Virus record (IMG/VR): IMGVR_UViG_3300018080_007253
Coordinates: 356-64,355 of that record
From: a virus
Direction: 5' to 3' (one strand)
Length of the DNA: 64,000 nt
Below are positions 38,749 through 48,125 of this stretch, piece by piece. Every line of letters begins with the position of its first letter. Within the stretch, counting starts at the first letter, position 1. A program made the translations under genes and the position numbers. A model generated the notes under the pieces. It was not told the DNA's origin. It saw only the letters and a list, made by a program, of their open reading frames with translations, and made no database searches.

Positions 38749-39547
38749 TGAAATCTCCTTTCAAAAAAATTAATTCTTTACAATCTTTCTTGATACTATT
38801 ATTAACAGAATACTTAATTCCATATTCTATACAATGAAAATCTGGCATATATTTTCTTATAGATTCATTATATGAAACCATTACGTTTGCGCCATTTTCT
38901 GCCAGTCTTTTTGCGATTATAGCAACTTCCTTCATCTTCTTTTCTGTAAATACACCTTGATATGCGATATCTGTAGAAACTGTTCCTACATATGGTGGAT
39001 CAAGATAAAATAGATGTCCATTCAAATCTTTCGCATTGTCTTTAATATAAGCATAACAATAATTTGCTATGTCGTTATTACTAATTGCTGTTCTTTGCAA
39101 CAACTTTGATACAGATAGGATATGCTCCTTTTTAAATATTTTTTTATACGCCCTTCCATATGGAACATTAAAACGATTGTTTTTATTAAATCTCATCAAT
39201 GCGCCAAATGATACCTTATTAAAATAGATATAAAATGCAGCAAACGCTATATCTCCTAACCTGTCGTGAAATTTTTCTCTTATAGAATAATAAGATTCTT
39301 TATCCTGATGTTTTTGAAGTGTTGATAGCACAACACACACTTCTTTTGGATGGTTGCGTATAGTTTTATAAACCCTTATAAGCCTTTTGTCTGTATCATT
39401 AATAAAGCCACATTTTGGCTCAAGATCAAAGAAAAGTGAGCCGCCCCCAACAAACGGCTCGTGATAATACTCGAATGATGGCAATAGCGGGCGAATATGT
39501 TTAAGCATCCTGCGCTTGCTACCAACATACCTCAAAAATGGTTTCAT
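38741..39547 (-). CDS. dam: Dam-family adenine methyltransferase
   Basis: PFLRYVGSK, YHEPFVGGGS.FF, IND, RFNK..RFNVPYG (Dam-type target-recognition loop), FYLDPPY. Confidence 0.88.
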   Translation of the reverse strand: MKPFLRYVGSKRRMLKHIRPLLPSFEYYHEPFVGGGSLFFDLEPKCGFINDTDKRLIRVYKTIRNHPKEVCVVLSTLQKHQDKESYYSIREKFHDRLGDIAFAAFYIYFNKVSFGALMRFNKNNRFNVPYGRAYKKIFKKEHILSVSKLLQRTAISNNDIANYCYAYIKDNAKDLNGHLFYLDPPYVGTVSTDIAYQGVFTEKKMKEVAIIAKRLAENGANVMVSYNESIRKYMPDFHCIEYGIKYSVNNSIKKDCKELIFLKGDFNV

Positions 39548-40551
39548 ATTGAGCTCCTCTTAACAAAATGCAAATATTCTTTCATTTGGCTGTCCTTATA
39601 TTTTCTTTTATCAGACCTGTCTGCTTTAAATCTTTTGTAATTTGTTTCAAATCTCTTATAGTTGCCAAACTTTTTCATTATTTTTTCTATGGTAGATGTT
39701 TGCATCAGTCCATCGCTACTGTAACTTACAAATATATATTTAAATGCTGCATTTATTAATAGGTTTTCAAACACATCCTCTACAACACCCTTTTGACAAA
39801 ACAAAGATCTTGTATATTCTCTCAGTCCAGTTTTACCATATGGAACAAAGTCATCATAAAGCGCTATAGTGTTTAATAAATGATAATTTGAACTATATTG
39901 GCGAGAGGTATAAGGTGGATCAATATATAAGATATCCCCGCTAATTTTTTTTATTAGTTCGTTACTATCCATATTATATACTATGTGATTTTTGTCAGTA
40001 TCGTCGAAAATCGCTGGTTCCAATATCATTTTTTGTAATGCGCTTTTTTTGAATTTTTTTAAATAGGCACCATACACAGATGTTGTATTTGCGATTTTGT
40101 CTGCTGATTCTATTAGACTTGCTATCAGAAAATAATATATGTCATCATCTATTATACATTTATTTTTGAGCCTATCTATTTGTTTTCTTATGGCGTCTAT
40201 TATAGAGCCGTTTTGATCTGTAAAATATTTTCTACTCTCTTTTCCTGATGGACAATAATGTTCTGCAATAAATCCAGGAGCGGCGTCTATTCTGTTCAAC
40301 ATTTTTATATATGTTAAATATGCTTCTTTTAATTTTTTGTTCCCAATGTAGTTTCTGTTTAAAACATAGCTATAATATTCTATGTCGTTCGCAATAATTT
40401 GTTTAGCTATATTTTTTATTTTCCTACCTATTATTCCTGTTCCTGCAAATAAGTCACAAAATATTTTATCAGATATCCCGTTTTTAACACTATTATTTAT
40501 ATTGTTTATAATAAAATTTTGTAGTTTATTTTTTGATCCGATGTAGTTCAT
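39544..40551 (-). CDS. adenine methyltransferase, M.NlaIII/M.HpyI-like (probably CATG)
   Basis: MNYIGSK.KL...FCDLFAGTGI.G...NDIEYYS.VL..NYIGN, NTTSVYGAYLK, GDILYIDPPY..RQY..NYHLL closely follow the recalled M.HpyI/M.NlaIII pattern. Confidence 0.82.
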   Translation of the reverse strand: MNYIGSKNKLQNFIINNINNSVKNGISDKIFCDLFAGTGIIGRKIKNIAKQIIANDIEYYSYVLNRNYIGNKKLKEAYLTYIKMLNRIDAAPGFIAEHYCPSGKESRKYFTDQNGSIIDAIRKQIDRLKNKCIIDDDIYYFLIASLIESADKIANTTSVYGAYLKKFKKSALQKMILEPAIFDDTDKNHIVYNMDSNELIKKISGDILYIDPPYTSRQYSSNYHLLNTIALYDDFVPYGKTGLREYTRSLFCQKGVVEDVFENLLINAAFKYIFVSYSSDGLMQTSTIEKIMKKFGNYKRFETNYKRFKADRSDKRKYKDSQMKEYLHFVKRSSI

Positions 40552-41162
40552 GCCGTAATCCAGATTATGTCAGATTTAATTTTTTGGTTTTTAAAGTTTA
40601 ATTCAACTAAGGTGTTGGTATTAAAACTGTTGAGGTATTTTCCAATTAGATTTTTTATCAACGACAATTCTGCTTTTAATTTCCAATGGGTTCCATCTTG
40701 CGAACAAAAAACAATAAAAAGTTTATTTTTGAAATGTTGCCTTTGTTGAGTGCTTTGATTCCTATATAGCCAACTGATTAATGCCTTCTTGTGATTTTTT
40801 AAAATATCAAATTTATTTTCTAATACTTTTGGAATTACTGTCGATTTGTGATCAAATGGTATATTATTTATGTAAAAGTCTATAGTCTTGTGGCTATTAT
40901 TTTTTTCTTTTTTAACATTTTGATTATTCGAGAAAATTTGTTCTACCGCAATGGCATGCCAAAAGTTATACCATCTATTGAGAGTATAATTTTTCAAATC
41001 AATATTAAAATGTTTTATTTTTTCCAACAATGTCTCAAAGGTAGATGTGTCATATATAAAATTAGTCTTATTATCAGCCTTATTTGTTTGTATTTGTGTC
41101 CATCGATATTGATATTGCAGCCTTTTTTTTAATTCTTTTTCTATCGCCGCTATGTTATACAC
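40548..41162 (-). CDS. candidate restriction endonuclease coupled to the CATG-type MTase
   Basis: AVEQIF...IDFYINNIPFDHKST (E...D...D-x-K) motif; ATGA overlap with the MTase. Confidence 0.55.
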   Translation of the reverse strand: MYNIAAIEKELKKRLQYQYRWTQIQTNKADNKTNFIYDTSTFETLLEKIKHFNIDLKNYTLNRWYNFWHAIAVEQIFSNNQNVKKEKNNSHKTIDFYINNIPFDHKSTVIPKVLENKFDILKNHKKALISWLYRNQSTQQRQHFKNKLFIVFCSQDGTHWKLKAELSLIKNLIGKYLNSFNTNTLVELNFKNQKIKSDIIWITA

Positions 41163-41385
41163 TTTTATTATTTTTCCTTTTCAGCAAATTTTTACTAAGT
41201 TCTAATATGCGCTCTATAATTATGTTATCAACAACAGTCTTAATAGTTTTGCTATCAACACCTTCTTTTTCTAAATCATCATAAATTGATATAATAATTT
41301 TCTTTTGTTCTGCATCTGTGTCGCCATAATTAATTTTTTCTAAACGCTTTTTTGCAAATTCTTTAACGTTAGCTATAGACATCAT
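41155..41385 (-). CDS. hypothetical protein
   Basis: 76-aa charged ORF overlapping both neighbours. Confidence 0.55.
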   Translation of the reverse strand: MMSIANVKEFAKKRLEKINYGDTDAEQKKIIISIYDDLEKEGVDSKTIKTVVDNIIIERILELSKNLLKRKNNKSV

Positions 41386-41714
41386 TTTATATCTTCTCCT
41401 ACGTAATTGTCAATTGCCATAGTGATAGCCAAATCAATTCCAGCCATTATAGCATTTTTTAATATTTGTTGTGCAATTTTTTCATTACGGATAGCCTTAA
41501 TTGTTTCTAGTGATGCCAATTGTGCTTCTAAATGTTTCTTCCACTCTTGTTCTTTTACAAAATTTCCTGTTGCCTTGTATTTTCCATATACAGATGCCGT
41601 CTGAGCTATCTTCTCAGATATTTTTTCCATCTTTTCATCTGTGTGTAATAGACTCATAGAATTTTTAATAAAAGAAATCGTATGTTTCATTATTTGTGTT
41701 TCTAAATTATTCAT
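41382..41714 (-). CDS. hypothetical protein
   Basis: GAGGTG RBS with ATG at 41714; helical 110 aa. Confidence 0.6.
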   Translation of the reverse strand: MNNLETQIMKHTISFIKNSMSLLHTDEKMEKISEKIAQTASVYGKYKATGNFVKEQEWKKHLEAQLASLETIKAIRNEKIAQQILKNAIMAGIDLAITMAIDNYVGEDIK

Positions 41715-41867
41715 CAAACACCTCAATTTTTTCTTCTTTTTCTATAATTCCTTTTTCTTTCAAAACATTAAATGGAATGTTGACAGTTAAAGAACACCAT
41801 TTTTTCTTTCCACGCCTACTGCCATTGGTAGAAGTTTTATAATTATGATCACTACTAATTATTTCTT

Positions 41868-42548
41868 CTAAAAGAAAGGATCAAATACTATGTCGCCCCT
41901 CTTTGTCCATGTCTCTATATGGTCTATTGCCAGCTTTTCAGGAAACATTGCTGGATGTTCAAATGCAAATTTATCTGATGTCGTGTAGCCTTTTCCTGTA
42001 TTATATCGCCAAATATTTACTCTTGGACTAAATTCTGCAACAGACTTTACATCTCGTGCCTTAAGTTTTCCATTTTTAAGTCGCATTGTTCCGCCACCCC
42101 ACGGCTTCCACCCCTGCCATCTGTTCTTTTTATCACAAATTAAATTAGCTGTTTTTGGCTTTCCTTTTGAAAATACAAACATATATTCGAAAATTTGTGA
42201 ATACCTATTACTTTTGCGTCCTGCTGGAAACGGCGTGCTATTTTTTTCATATATCATTGTGTCGTGTAACCTAAATCCAGCAGCCATAAATGATAGTGCT
42301 TGCTTAAAAGAACTGCCTGTTTCTGAACCATTTACTACGCCATCGCCAACCACCCAAACTACAACGCCACCCTTTTTTGTTACCCTATATAGTTCTGCTA
42401 TTAATTTTTGTATATCTAGTTTATATCCTTCATACGATCGAAGCTTATCATAAGGCGGAGACGTAATAGTTAGATCAATACAATTGTCTGGCAACCACTT
42501 CATTTTTTCGCAACAATTGCCATTCGCAACAAGGCTTCGTACAGCCAT
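41868..42548 (-). pseudogene. beta-class N4/N6 DNA methyltransferase truncated inside motif I
   Basis: DLTITSPPY and HPAMFPEKL...IVFDPFF followed by TAG; the expected GSGT SAM-binding residues are absent in all frames. Confidence 0.7.
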
Positions 42549-42764
42549 CTATTCTTTCGCCCTTTCTATCATTTCATCAAAAAGCTCAACAGTGAACAGT
42601 TTAATATCTTTTTCTGTAGCACTAAGTTCTTCATCTTCCTTAACATACTGAACATATTCTGGACGTATCGCCCCCCAATTCTTTTCTACAGCCTTCAGAA
42701 ATTTTTGATTGACGCCACAGCCGCAAAGAAATGTAATTGATATACAAAGAATAAATTTTTTCAT
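42549..42764 (-). CDS. small lipoprotein
   Basis: MKKFILCISITFLCG-C: basic n-region, hydrophobic h-region and a lipobox-like LCGC. Confidence 0.65.
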   Translation of the reverse strand: MKKFILCISITFLCGCGVNQKFLKAVEKNWGAIRPEYVQYVKEDEELSATEKDIKLFTVELFDEMIERAKE

Positions 42765-43189
42765 TAAATTTCCCCAATGTTAAAATAAATAATTTTTTTA
42801 CCAAGTTTTTCTGCAACATCTATTTCTTTTTTCATCCCAGAAGTAATCTTGTTATCAGGCACAAACACTAATACTTCGCTACAGCTTTTAAGCCACTCGA
42901 TACCTTGCGATATCCCAAGATTTCTTTCTTCTTCCCTGTTATCATCAAGAAAGCGGGTATAATAGACGTGTGGTGCGAACGGATTTTTCCCAAGAAGACA
43001 AACAAGTCTACACAAACACTCCGCGATACTTCGATTTTTTTCTATATCACCACTAAGTGGGCTGCAGATAAACACATTGTTATTGTTTTCGTCGGGCATT
43101 GGCTTTGATGCCTCCTTCTTTTCGTATAGATGATGCGAGTTTATATTATACATTTTTTCTGATCTTTCGATACATATAATGTGCAGCAT
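42764..43189 (-). CDS. nucleoside 2-deoxyribosyltransferase-like (DUF4406-type) protein
   Basis: FICSPLSGDIEKN...NPFAPH...FLDD...ER..G...L..C.EV.VF...GM..EI..A..LG pattern. Confidence 0.7.
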   Translation of the reverse strand: MLHIICIERSEKMYNINSHHLYEKKEASKPMPDENNNNVFICSPLSGDIEKNRSIAECLCRLVCLLGKNPFAPHVYYTRFLDDNREEERNLGISQGIEWLKSCSEVLVFVPDNKITSGMKKEIDVAEKLGKKIIYFNIGEI

Positions 43190-43409
43190 GTATAATTGGG
43201 ACGATAAAAAAATAAATCAAGGAAAGTGTTGTGCCAAAAATTGCCCCTATAGCAGCAAAAAACATTGTGATTATTATTAGCGGCGACAGTGTTTCGGCCC
43301 ATGTCATTTCGCAATTAATATCTAATATTTTTATTCCAATAAGAAATAGTGTTGCACCAATCAATAGCCATCCAATAATAATTATAGACTCAAAACTTTC
43401 TTTACTCAT
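43146..43409 (-). CDS. small membrane protein
   Basis: Two long hydrophobic segments; start placed at MSKESF. Confidence 0.55.
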   Translation of the reverse strand: MSKESFESIIIIGWLLIGATLFLIGIKILDINCEMTWAETLSPLIIITMFFAAIGAIFGTTLSLIYFFIVPIIHAAHYMYRKIRKNV

Positions 43410-46400
43410 TTGCGCCTCCATCATCAAACATATCTTTTTCTTCAAGTTTGATCAACAAATCCTTTGAGTTTTCCACCCTTTCTTTAATATCTTTGCTTGA
43501 ATTATGTGTCCACGAATTTTTGCCGTGCCAAGTATTATCCCAAAATTCGCCTCTTTGTTGTTTAACATTGGTGTCGTTCCAAGAAAGATGTAATGTGTGT
43601 GGCATTTTTGTTAATACTTGTGTTACCATTGCCACATATTCATACTTCAGTTTTTCAGGAATTTCTTTGCCTTGTTCGTGCATTTGTACCATTGCGGCGT
43701 GCAGTTGTAGTGCTTGCGGTGGCGTGATTGAAACATTCTGCATAATCTTGAGCGTATTTTTATCTATGTACTCACAACTATCGCTCACCTTTTTATTATA
43801 AGTTAATTGCATTTTTTCTGCATCAAATTCACGAGCATCTCCGTGCACACCATGTTCAATATTTTCGTCATTTTTACTAATGCGCCATTTTTCAAACGGA
43901 CGTTCAACCCTTATTGTTTTGTTGTCGCCGTAGAGATTAATACCTGGGATATTAAAAATTGGTACATTACGATTCATTTTAATAAGATTTCTAATTTGTC
44001 CCTCTTGCGGTTCTACCAAAATTTCGTCTGCATCAAGCTGAATAAGATAATCGCCATCACATTGTTTTCTTGCATACGTCTTCTCATTCCCCATTAGCAT
44101 TGGATCATCCATGTCCCATTGGTGCTGCATAATCTTAAGCTTCTTATTATTTTCTGCAAGCTTATTAAGATTTTCCCATGTGCCATCCGTACTTCCGCCG
44201 TCAACCATAATAAATTCATCTACAACGCCACATGCTGCAGAGATACATCGCTCATAAGGAAAATTATATTTTTCACCATCTTTTATAATGCAATATGCTG
44301 ACAACTTTAAAGGTTTCGGCGGGACTACATGTTCTTCTCCAAGTCTATCCGCAATGGTCTCTAAAATTGTTTCTGGAAGAATACTATTGATACATTTATC
44401 ACCAATTTTCTTTTCTTTTAAAATACACTTTTCTAGATGGCAACTCGTTATACATTGTCCCCTATTTTCTGGCTCAAGAGCAACCCCATTTTCAATTCCA
44501 GCTTGTTTTGCATAAGTACCACCGTAAAGCACAACGCTTGGAGTTCCTACAGCTCGTGCTATATGTGACGGGAACGAATCAAGTCCAACATGGAGCGCGG
44601 CGTTTGCAATTACGTGTGCAAGTTGCTGCGGCGTAGTTTTTCCTCGTAAATCAACAACATCTTTATGATCAATAAGAGGTTCGTCTTTTCCTCCAACCTG
44701 CACAATTTTCATATTTTTAATATTTGGAATTACTTCGTCCCATCTTTCATAATCTTTTGGGTCCTGTGTAGTTTTGCAATGAAATGTAATGTACTCGCCG
44801 TCTGGAATTTCGATAGAGATATCTGTGTCAATGCACATCTCTTCTTCTATTTCTTCATTTGACATTGTAAGATTGCACATATGCGCATAACTTACCCCAA
44901 GAGACTTCCCATTTCCACTATGAATCCAGTGTGGGATTTTTTGTGTTATAATAAATGGACAAAAACACATATCAACAAAGCCAGGAGATGGTCCAAAATG
45001 TTCTGGTGTTCTATAATTCAACAATTCAGGATGATATTCGACTACACCATGAATATATGGATTATCTTTTATAATGTCAAAATATTGTGGTTTTGTTGCG
45101 AAATAAATAGAGGCATCTGGATATTCGTCCTGCAACTTTGTTATGATTGCTGTTGAAATAAGCACATCTCCAGCAGTTTCTGGCATACAGTATAAAATTC
45201 TAAATGTGTCATCTTTATCCATCGACTTAGCAATTGCTTCTATAGGGTTTTGCGGCTTTGTATTGTCTAATAGGTCTGCTGCAACATTATTCTTTTTTGT
45301 AATGTTTCTAAAATATTCTTCAACTTTATTTCTTTGCACACCCTTTTTTAATTGTCCAAGCCAATTTCTTTTGCCGCTATTATCTGGTTCTCTATGTAAA
45401 ATTTCTTTATAACATTTATTTACAAATTCTTCATCTGAAAGATTTTGTTGTTTATGCAAGTTTTCTTCTGGCATTTCAAGCTTATCTATCTTTTTGTCCC
45501 ACGCATTTTTATCAACTTCTGTTTTGTCTAAAATATACTCCCATTTTTTAGAAGTTAAATCCCAATTGTAATAATCTACAGCACATCGTCTTGCCTCGTT
45601 AGAAAGCCTTTCAAGAATTTTTGGCTTTTTCATAATTTTTGTAAGCTTATTGACAAGATCTTGTCTGTCGAACCATGCTCGCCACTGCATAGTTTCTGCC
45701 TCTGTTTCTAGATCACACTTGATAAGTGCGCCACCGCCATTTTTGCCCTGTTCTGACATAGCTGCGTAGTTTGTTACAATTGTTGGTACACCAGCAGATT
45801 TAGCATTAACTATGGACATTTCCGCCGCACCTGCAATTGCGCCTTGTACATAAACATCCATCAAGTTAAAAAGTTTTGCAAATTGTTCGTCTGGATATCC
45901 AATTTGTGTATTTGGCGTTATCATGCTAACTTTCCCGCACTTTGGACACTTTGTAGGATGCCCAGCGAATGGAGATACAGCACATACACCACATTCTGCG
46001 CAAATGTAAGAGAAAAGCACTTCCTTTTGTAGCCCCTCTCGCCTAATAGCTTCTGGAATATCAAAACCAACGTCTTGAACACATGTGTGTAAAAGCAATT
46101 TGATATTGTCAATGTCTTTTATTTTTTTCTTTTTTGGGTCTGATTCGCCCCATCCATTTTGATCCTTGAACATTCTAAATGATTCGATAAGGCGTGGAAA
46201 CAATTTTCTTTTTTGATTTCTTGACACCATTCCAATGAATCTTATTTCAGGCGGAATTCCAAAATCTTGTTTAACTTTCGTTTTGTCTTGTGGTGCATAA
46301 ATTTTAGTGTCTATCCCAGGTTGCATCACCATATCTACTTTTAGCGGCTTAATTCCGAGTCCTCTTGCAATATCTGTTTTTGACTGCTCTTCAAGTGCTC

Positions 46401-48105
46401 GTTTCCCAAAGTGTGCATATGCTAACAGTGTATCAACGCCACCGTATGTATTTAGCCATTCCCATTTTTGAGGATAACTATCAACACATGCCATATATAT
46501 CCAGTGGAATCTATCCCTAAATGCACTATCTGCCCAAAAGTAATCCATCCAACGATCCCGTAACACTGCAACAATATTTGGTTTAAAGTCAGCCAAAACG
46601 TTATCCATAATCAATTTGCCAAATTGCGCCTCACGGTAATGTTGCTTGTATTCCTGAATGCCGACAGAATCATTGTCTTCTGGAATAACTCCATAAAATT
46701 TCCAAGGTAAAGATTGAGCACGAGGGTCTGATGTTTTTGCATACGAATTATGTACTACAAAATTATTACAAATATATGAATTATCATCCTCCACTTCTAA
46801 ATTATATACATAATCATTAAAATTTCTTTTATGTATTTGTGTAATTTTTGTAAATATTAAATTGTCTTTAATAATATATTCGGTTGCTGATAAATTTTTT
46901 AATTTACCACTTTTTTCTACAAAGTTATCAATTAAAACATTGCCATTCTCTCCACGACATCCAAGCAGATAATATCCTCCAGATGTGTTGGCATCACATT
47001 GACACCACTTTCTATTAATAAAAACACCATTTTTATGCCCAAGTTGCATTATGCGATTTGAAAGTAATTTAGAAACTGTTTTTGCCTCTAATACATTTCT
47101 ATCAATATTAATACAGCCATCTTGTTCAAAATAACTAGCCAATAATTTTATCATCCAGTCCTTATTAGCATTCCATAGTTTGTCACTAATAAATTTATCG
47201 TGACAACTTGTGCCAAATAGCGTATAAAAAAATCTTGCAATATTTCTATTGCACACCATAATTTCCCATACACCAATTTTTTCACGATAGAATATTTTTG
47301 GAGTTTTAACATTAAATAGATCAGAAATAGCGTTCGCTATCTGTGTTGCTATTGTTTTATAATTTTTATTACCACAAAATGAAATAGCATTTATGCCAAG
47401 TTTTTTATTTTTTATAGCACATCCATTTGATAAAAATGCACCAAACAACAATGCCGATTGGTCATTTAGTGGAACTTTTATTCCTTCTGATTCTATTGTG
47501 TTTATATTTTTCGACTTAAAACTTTCTTTTCCATAGGCTACAAAATCATCTTTTTTTAATTCTCCTGCAGGAATCCATTCGTATTTGATATCATCTACAC
47601 CTTTAAAACATTTCGATGATAAATATTTATAAGCATTTTCTTTTTTTATTGCCAAAATTGGATGGTTATGTGTTACCTCTATTGTTTCTCCACCCAAATT
47701 TTTTCTTAAAATTTTTACTGCCTGAGTATTTTTAATAGTTTTAAATGTATGTGTGACACTTTTAATTTGTCCGCTGTGCGTTAATACTTTGTCACCAACA
47801 TTTACTAGCGAAATTGGTGTTAATTTACCATTTTTCATAGAAATAAGAGCACGAGGATCTAAGATACAACCAATTTCCGCAATTTCATATTTACCGGTAT
47901 TTTCAAGTCGCCTGATAACATTATCCCAATATGTTGAAAATCCTGTCTTGAGAAAACTTGCCTCCCCCACGAAAAGCACTCTTTTCTTTTCATCTGTTTT
48001 TGGCAGCTCATCAATTTTTTCTTGCAGTTTTTCTATACTCCATGGCTCAGAAAATGTTCCACCCTTGATTCTACGCAATTTGTCCGGTTGATTCATATAT
48101 TTCAC
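43402..48105 (-). CDS. intein-containing multi-domain glycosyltransferase: GT4 - DUF4214-like - GT9 - GT2 (1,193 aa after splicing)
   Basis: GT4-like PGID...MVSRNQKRK.FPRLIE...DVYVQ...S.G.P; DUF4214-like DEEFV.KCY..IL.REPD.SG...W; GT9 AGDVLI...DLRGKTT...VGLDSFP.H.A; GT2 VDGGSTDGT...LDADE. Confidence 0.88.
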   Translation of the reverse strand: MKYMNQPDKLRRIKGGTFSEPWSIEKLQEKIDELPKTDEKKRVLFVGEASFLKTGFSTYWDNVIRRLENTGKYEIAEIGCILDPRALISMKNGKLTPISLVNVGDKVLTHSGQIKSVTHTFKTIKNTQAVKILRKNLGGETIEVTHNHPILAIKKENAYKYLSSKCFKGVDDIKYEWIPAGELKKDDFVAYGKESFKSKNINTIESEGIKVPLNDQSALLFGAFLSNGCAIKNKKLGINAISFCGNKNYKTIATQIANAISDLFNVKTPKIFYREKIGVWEIMVCNRNIARFFYTLFGTSCHDKFISDKLWNANKDWMIKLLASYFEQDGCINIDRNVLEAKTVSKLLSNRIMQLGHKNGVFINRKWCQCDANTSGGYYLLGCRGENGNVLIDNFVEKSGKLKNLSATEYIIKDNLIFTKITQIHKRNFNDYVYNLEVEDDNSYICNNFVVHNSYAKTSDPRAQSLPWKFYGVIPEDNDSVGIQEYKQHYREAQFGKLIMDNVLADFKPNIVAVLRDRWMDYFWADSAFRDRFHWIYMACVDSYPQKWEWLNTYGGVDTLLAYAHFGKRALEEQSKTDIARGLGIKPLKVDMVMQPGIDTKIYAPQDKTKVKQDFGIPPEIRFIGMVSRNQKRKLFPRLIESFRMFKDQNGWGESDPKKKKIKDIDNIKLLLHTCVQDVGFDIPEAIRREGLQKEVLFSYICAECGVCAVSPFAGHPTKCPKCGKVSMITPNTQIGYPDEQFAKLFNLMDVYVQGAIAGAAEMSIVNAKSAGVPTIVTNYAAMSEQGKNGGGALIKCDLETEAETMQWRAWFDRQDLVNKLTKIMKKPKILERLSNEARRCAVDYYNWDLTSKKWEYILDKTEVDKNAWDKKIDKLEMPEENLHKQQNLSDEEFVNKCYKEILHREPDNSGKRNWLGQLKKGVQRNKVEEYFRNITKKNNVAADLLDNTKPQNPIEAIAKSMDKDDTFRILYCMPETAGDVLISTAIITKLQDEYPDASIYFATKPQYFDIIKDNPYIHGVVEYHPELLNYRTPEHFGPSPGFVDMCFCPFIITQKIPHWIHSGNGKSLGVSYAHMCNLTMSNEEIEEEMCIDTDISIEIPDGEYITFHCKTTQDPKDYERWDEVIPNIKNMKIVQVGGKDEPLIDHKDVVDLRGKTTPQQLAHVIANAALHVGLDSFPSHIARAVGTPSVVLYGGTYAKQAGIENGVALEPENRGQCITSCHLEKCILKEKKIGDKCINSILPETILETIADRLGEEHVVPPKPLKLSAYCIIKDGEKYNFPYERCISAACGVVDEFIMVDGGSTDGTWENLNKLAENNKKLKIMQHQWDMDDPMLMGNEKTYARKQCDGDYLIQLDADEILVEPQEGQIRNLIKMNRNVPIFNIPGINLYGDNKTIRVERPFEKWRISKNDENIEHGVHGDAREFDAEKMQLTYNKKVSDSCEYIDKNTLKIMQNVSITPPQALQLHAAMVQMHEQGKEIPEKLKYEYVAMVTQVLTKMPHTLHLSWNDTNVKQQRGEFWDNTWHGKNSWTHNSSKDIKERVENSKDLLIKLEEKDMFDDGGANE
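46747..47868 (-). mobile_element. intein with LAGLIDADG endonuclease in the glycosyltransferase (374 aa)
   Basis: EIG|CILDPRALI...VTHNHPIL...FGAFLSNG...ASYFEQDG...VYNLEVEDDNSY...VVHN|SYA. Confidence 0.93.
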
Positions 48106-48125
48106 CCCGTGCTCAATAATTTTAA

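Noticed and set aside
41868-41870. Stop-codon reassignment (TAG readthrough) to rescue the truncated MTase
   Set aside because: Reading through gives only KK then TAA with no GSGT motif. Other genes end normally at TAG, TGA or TAA under code 11.
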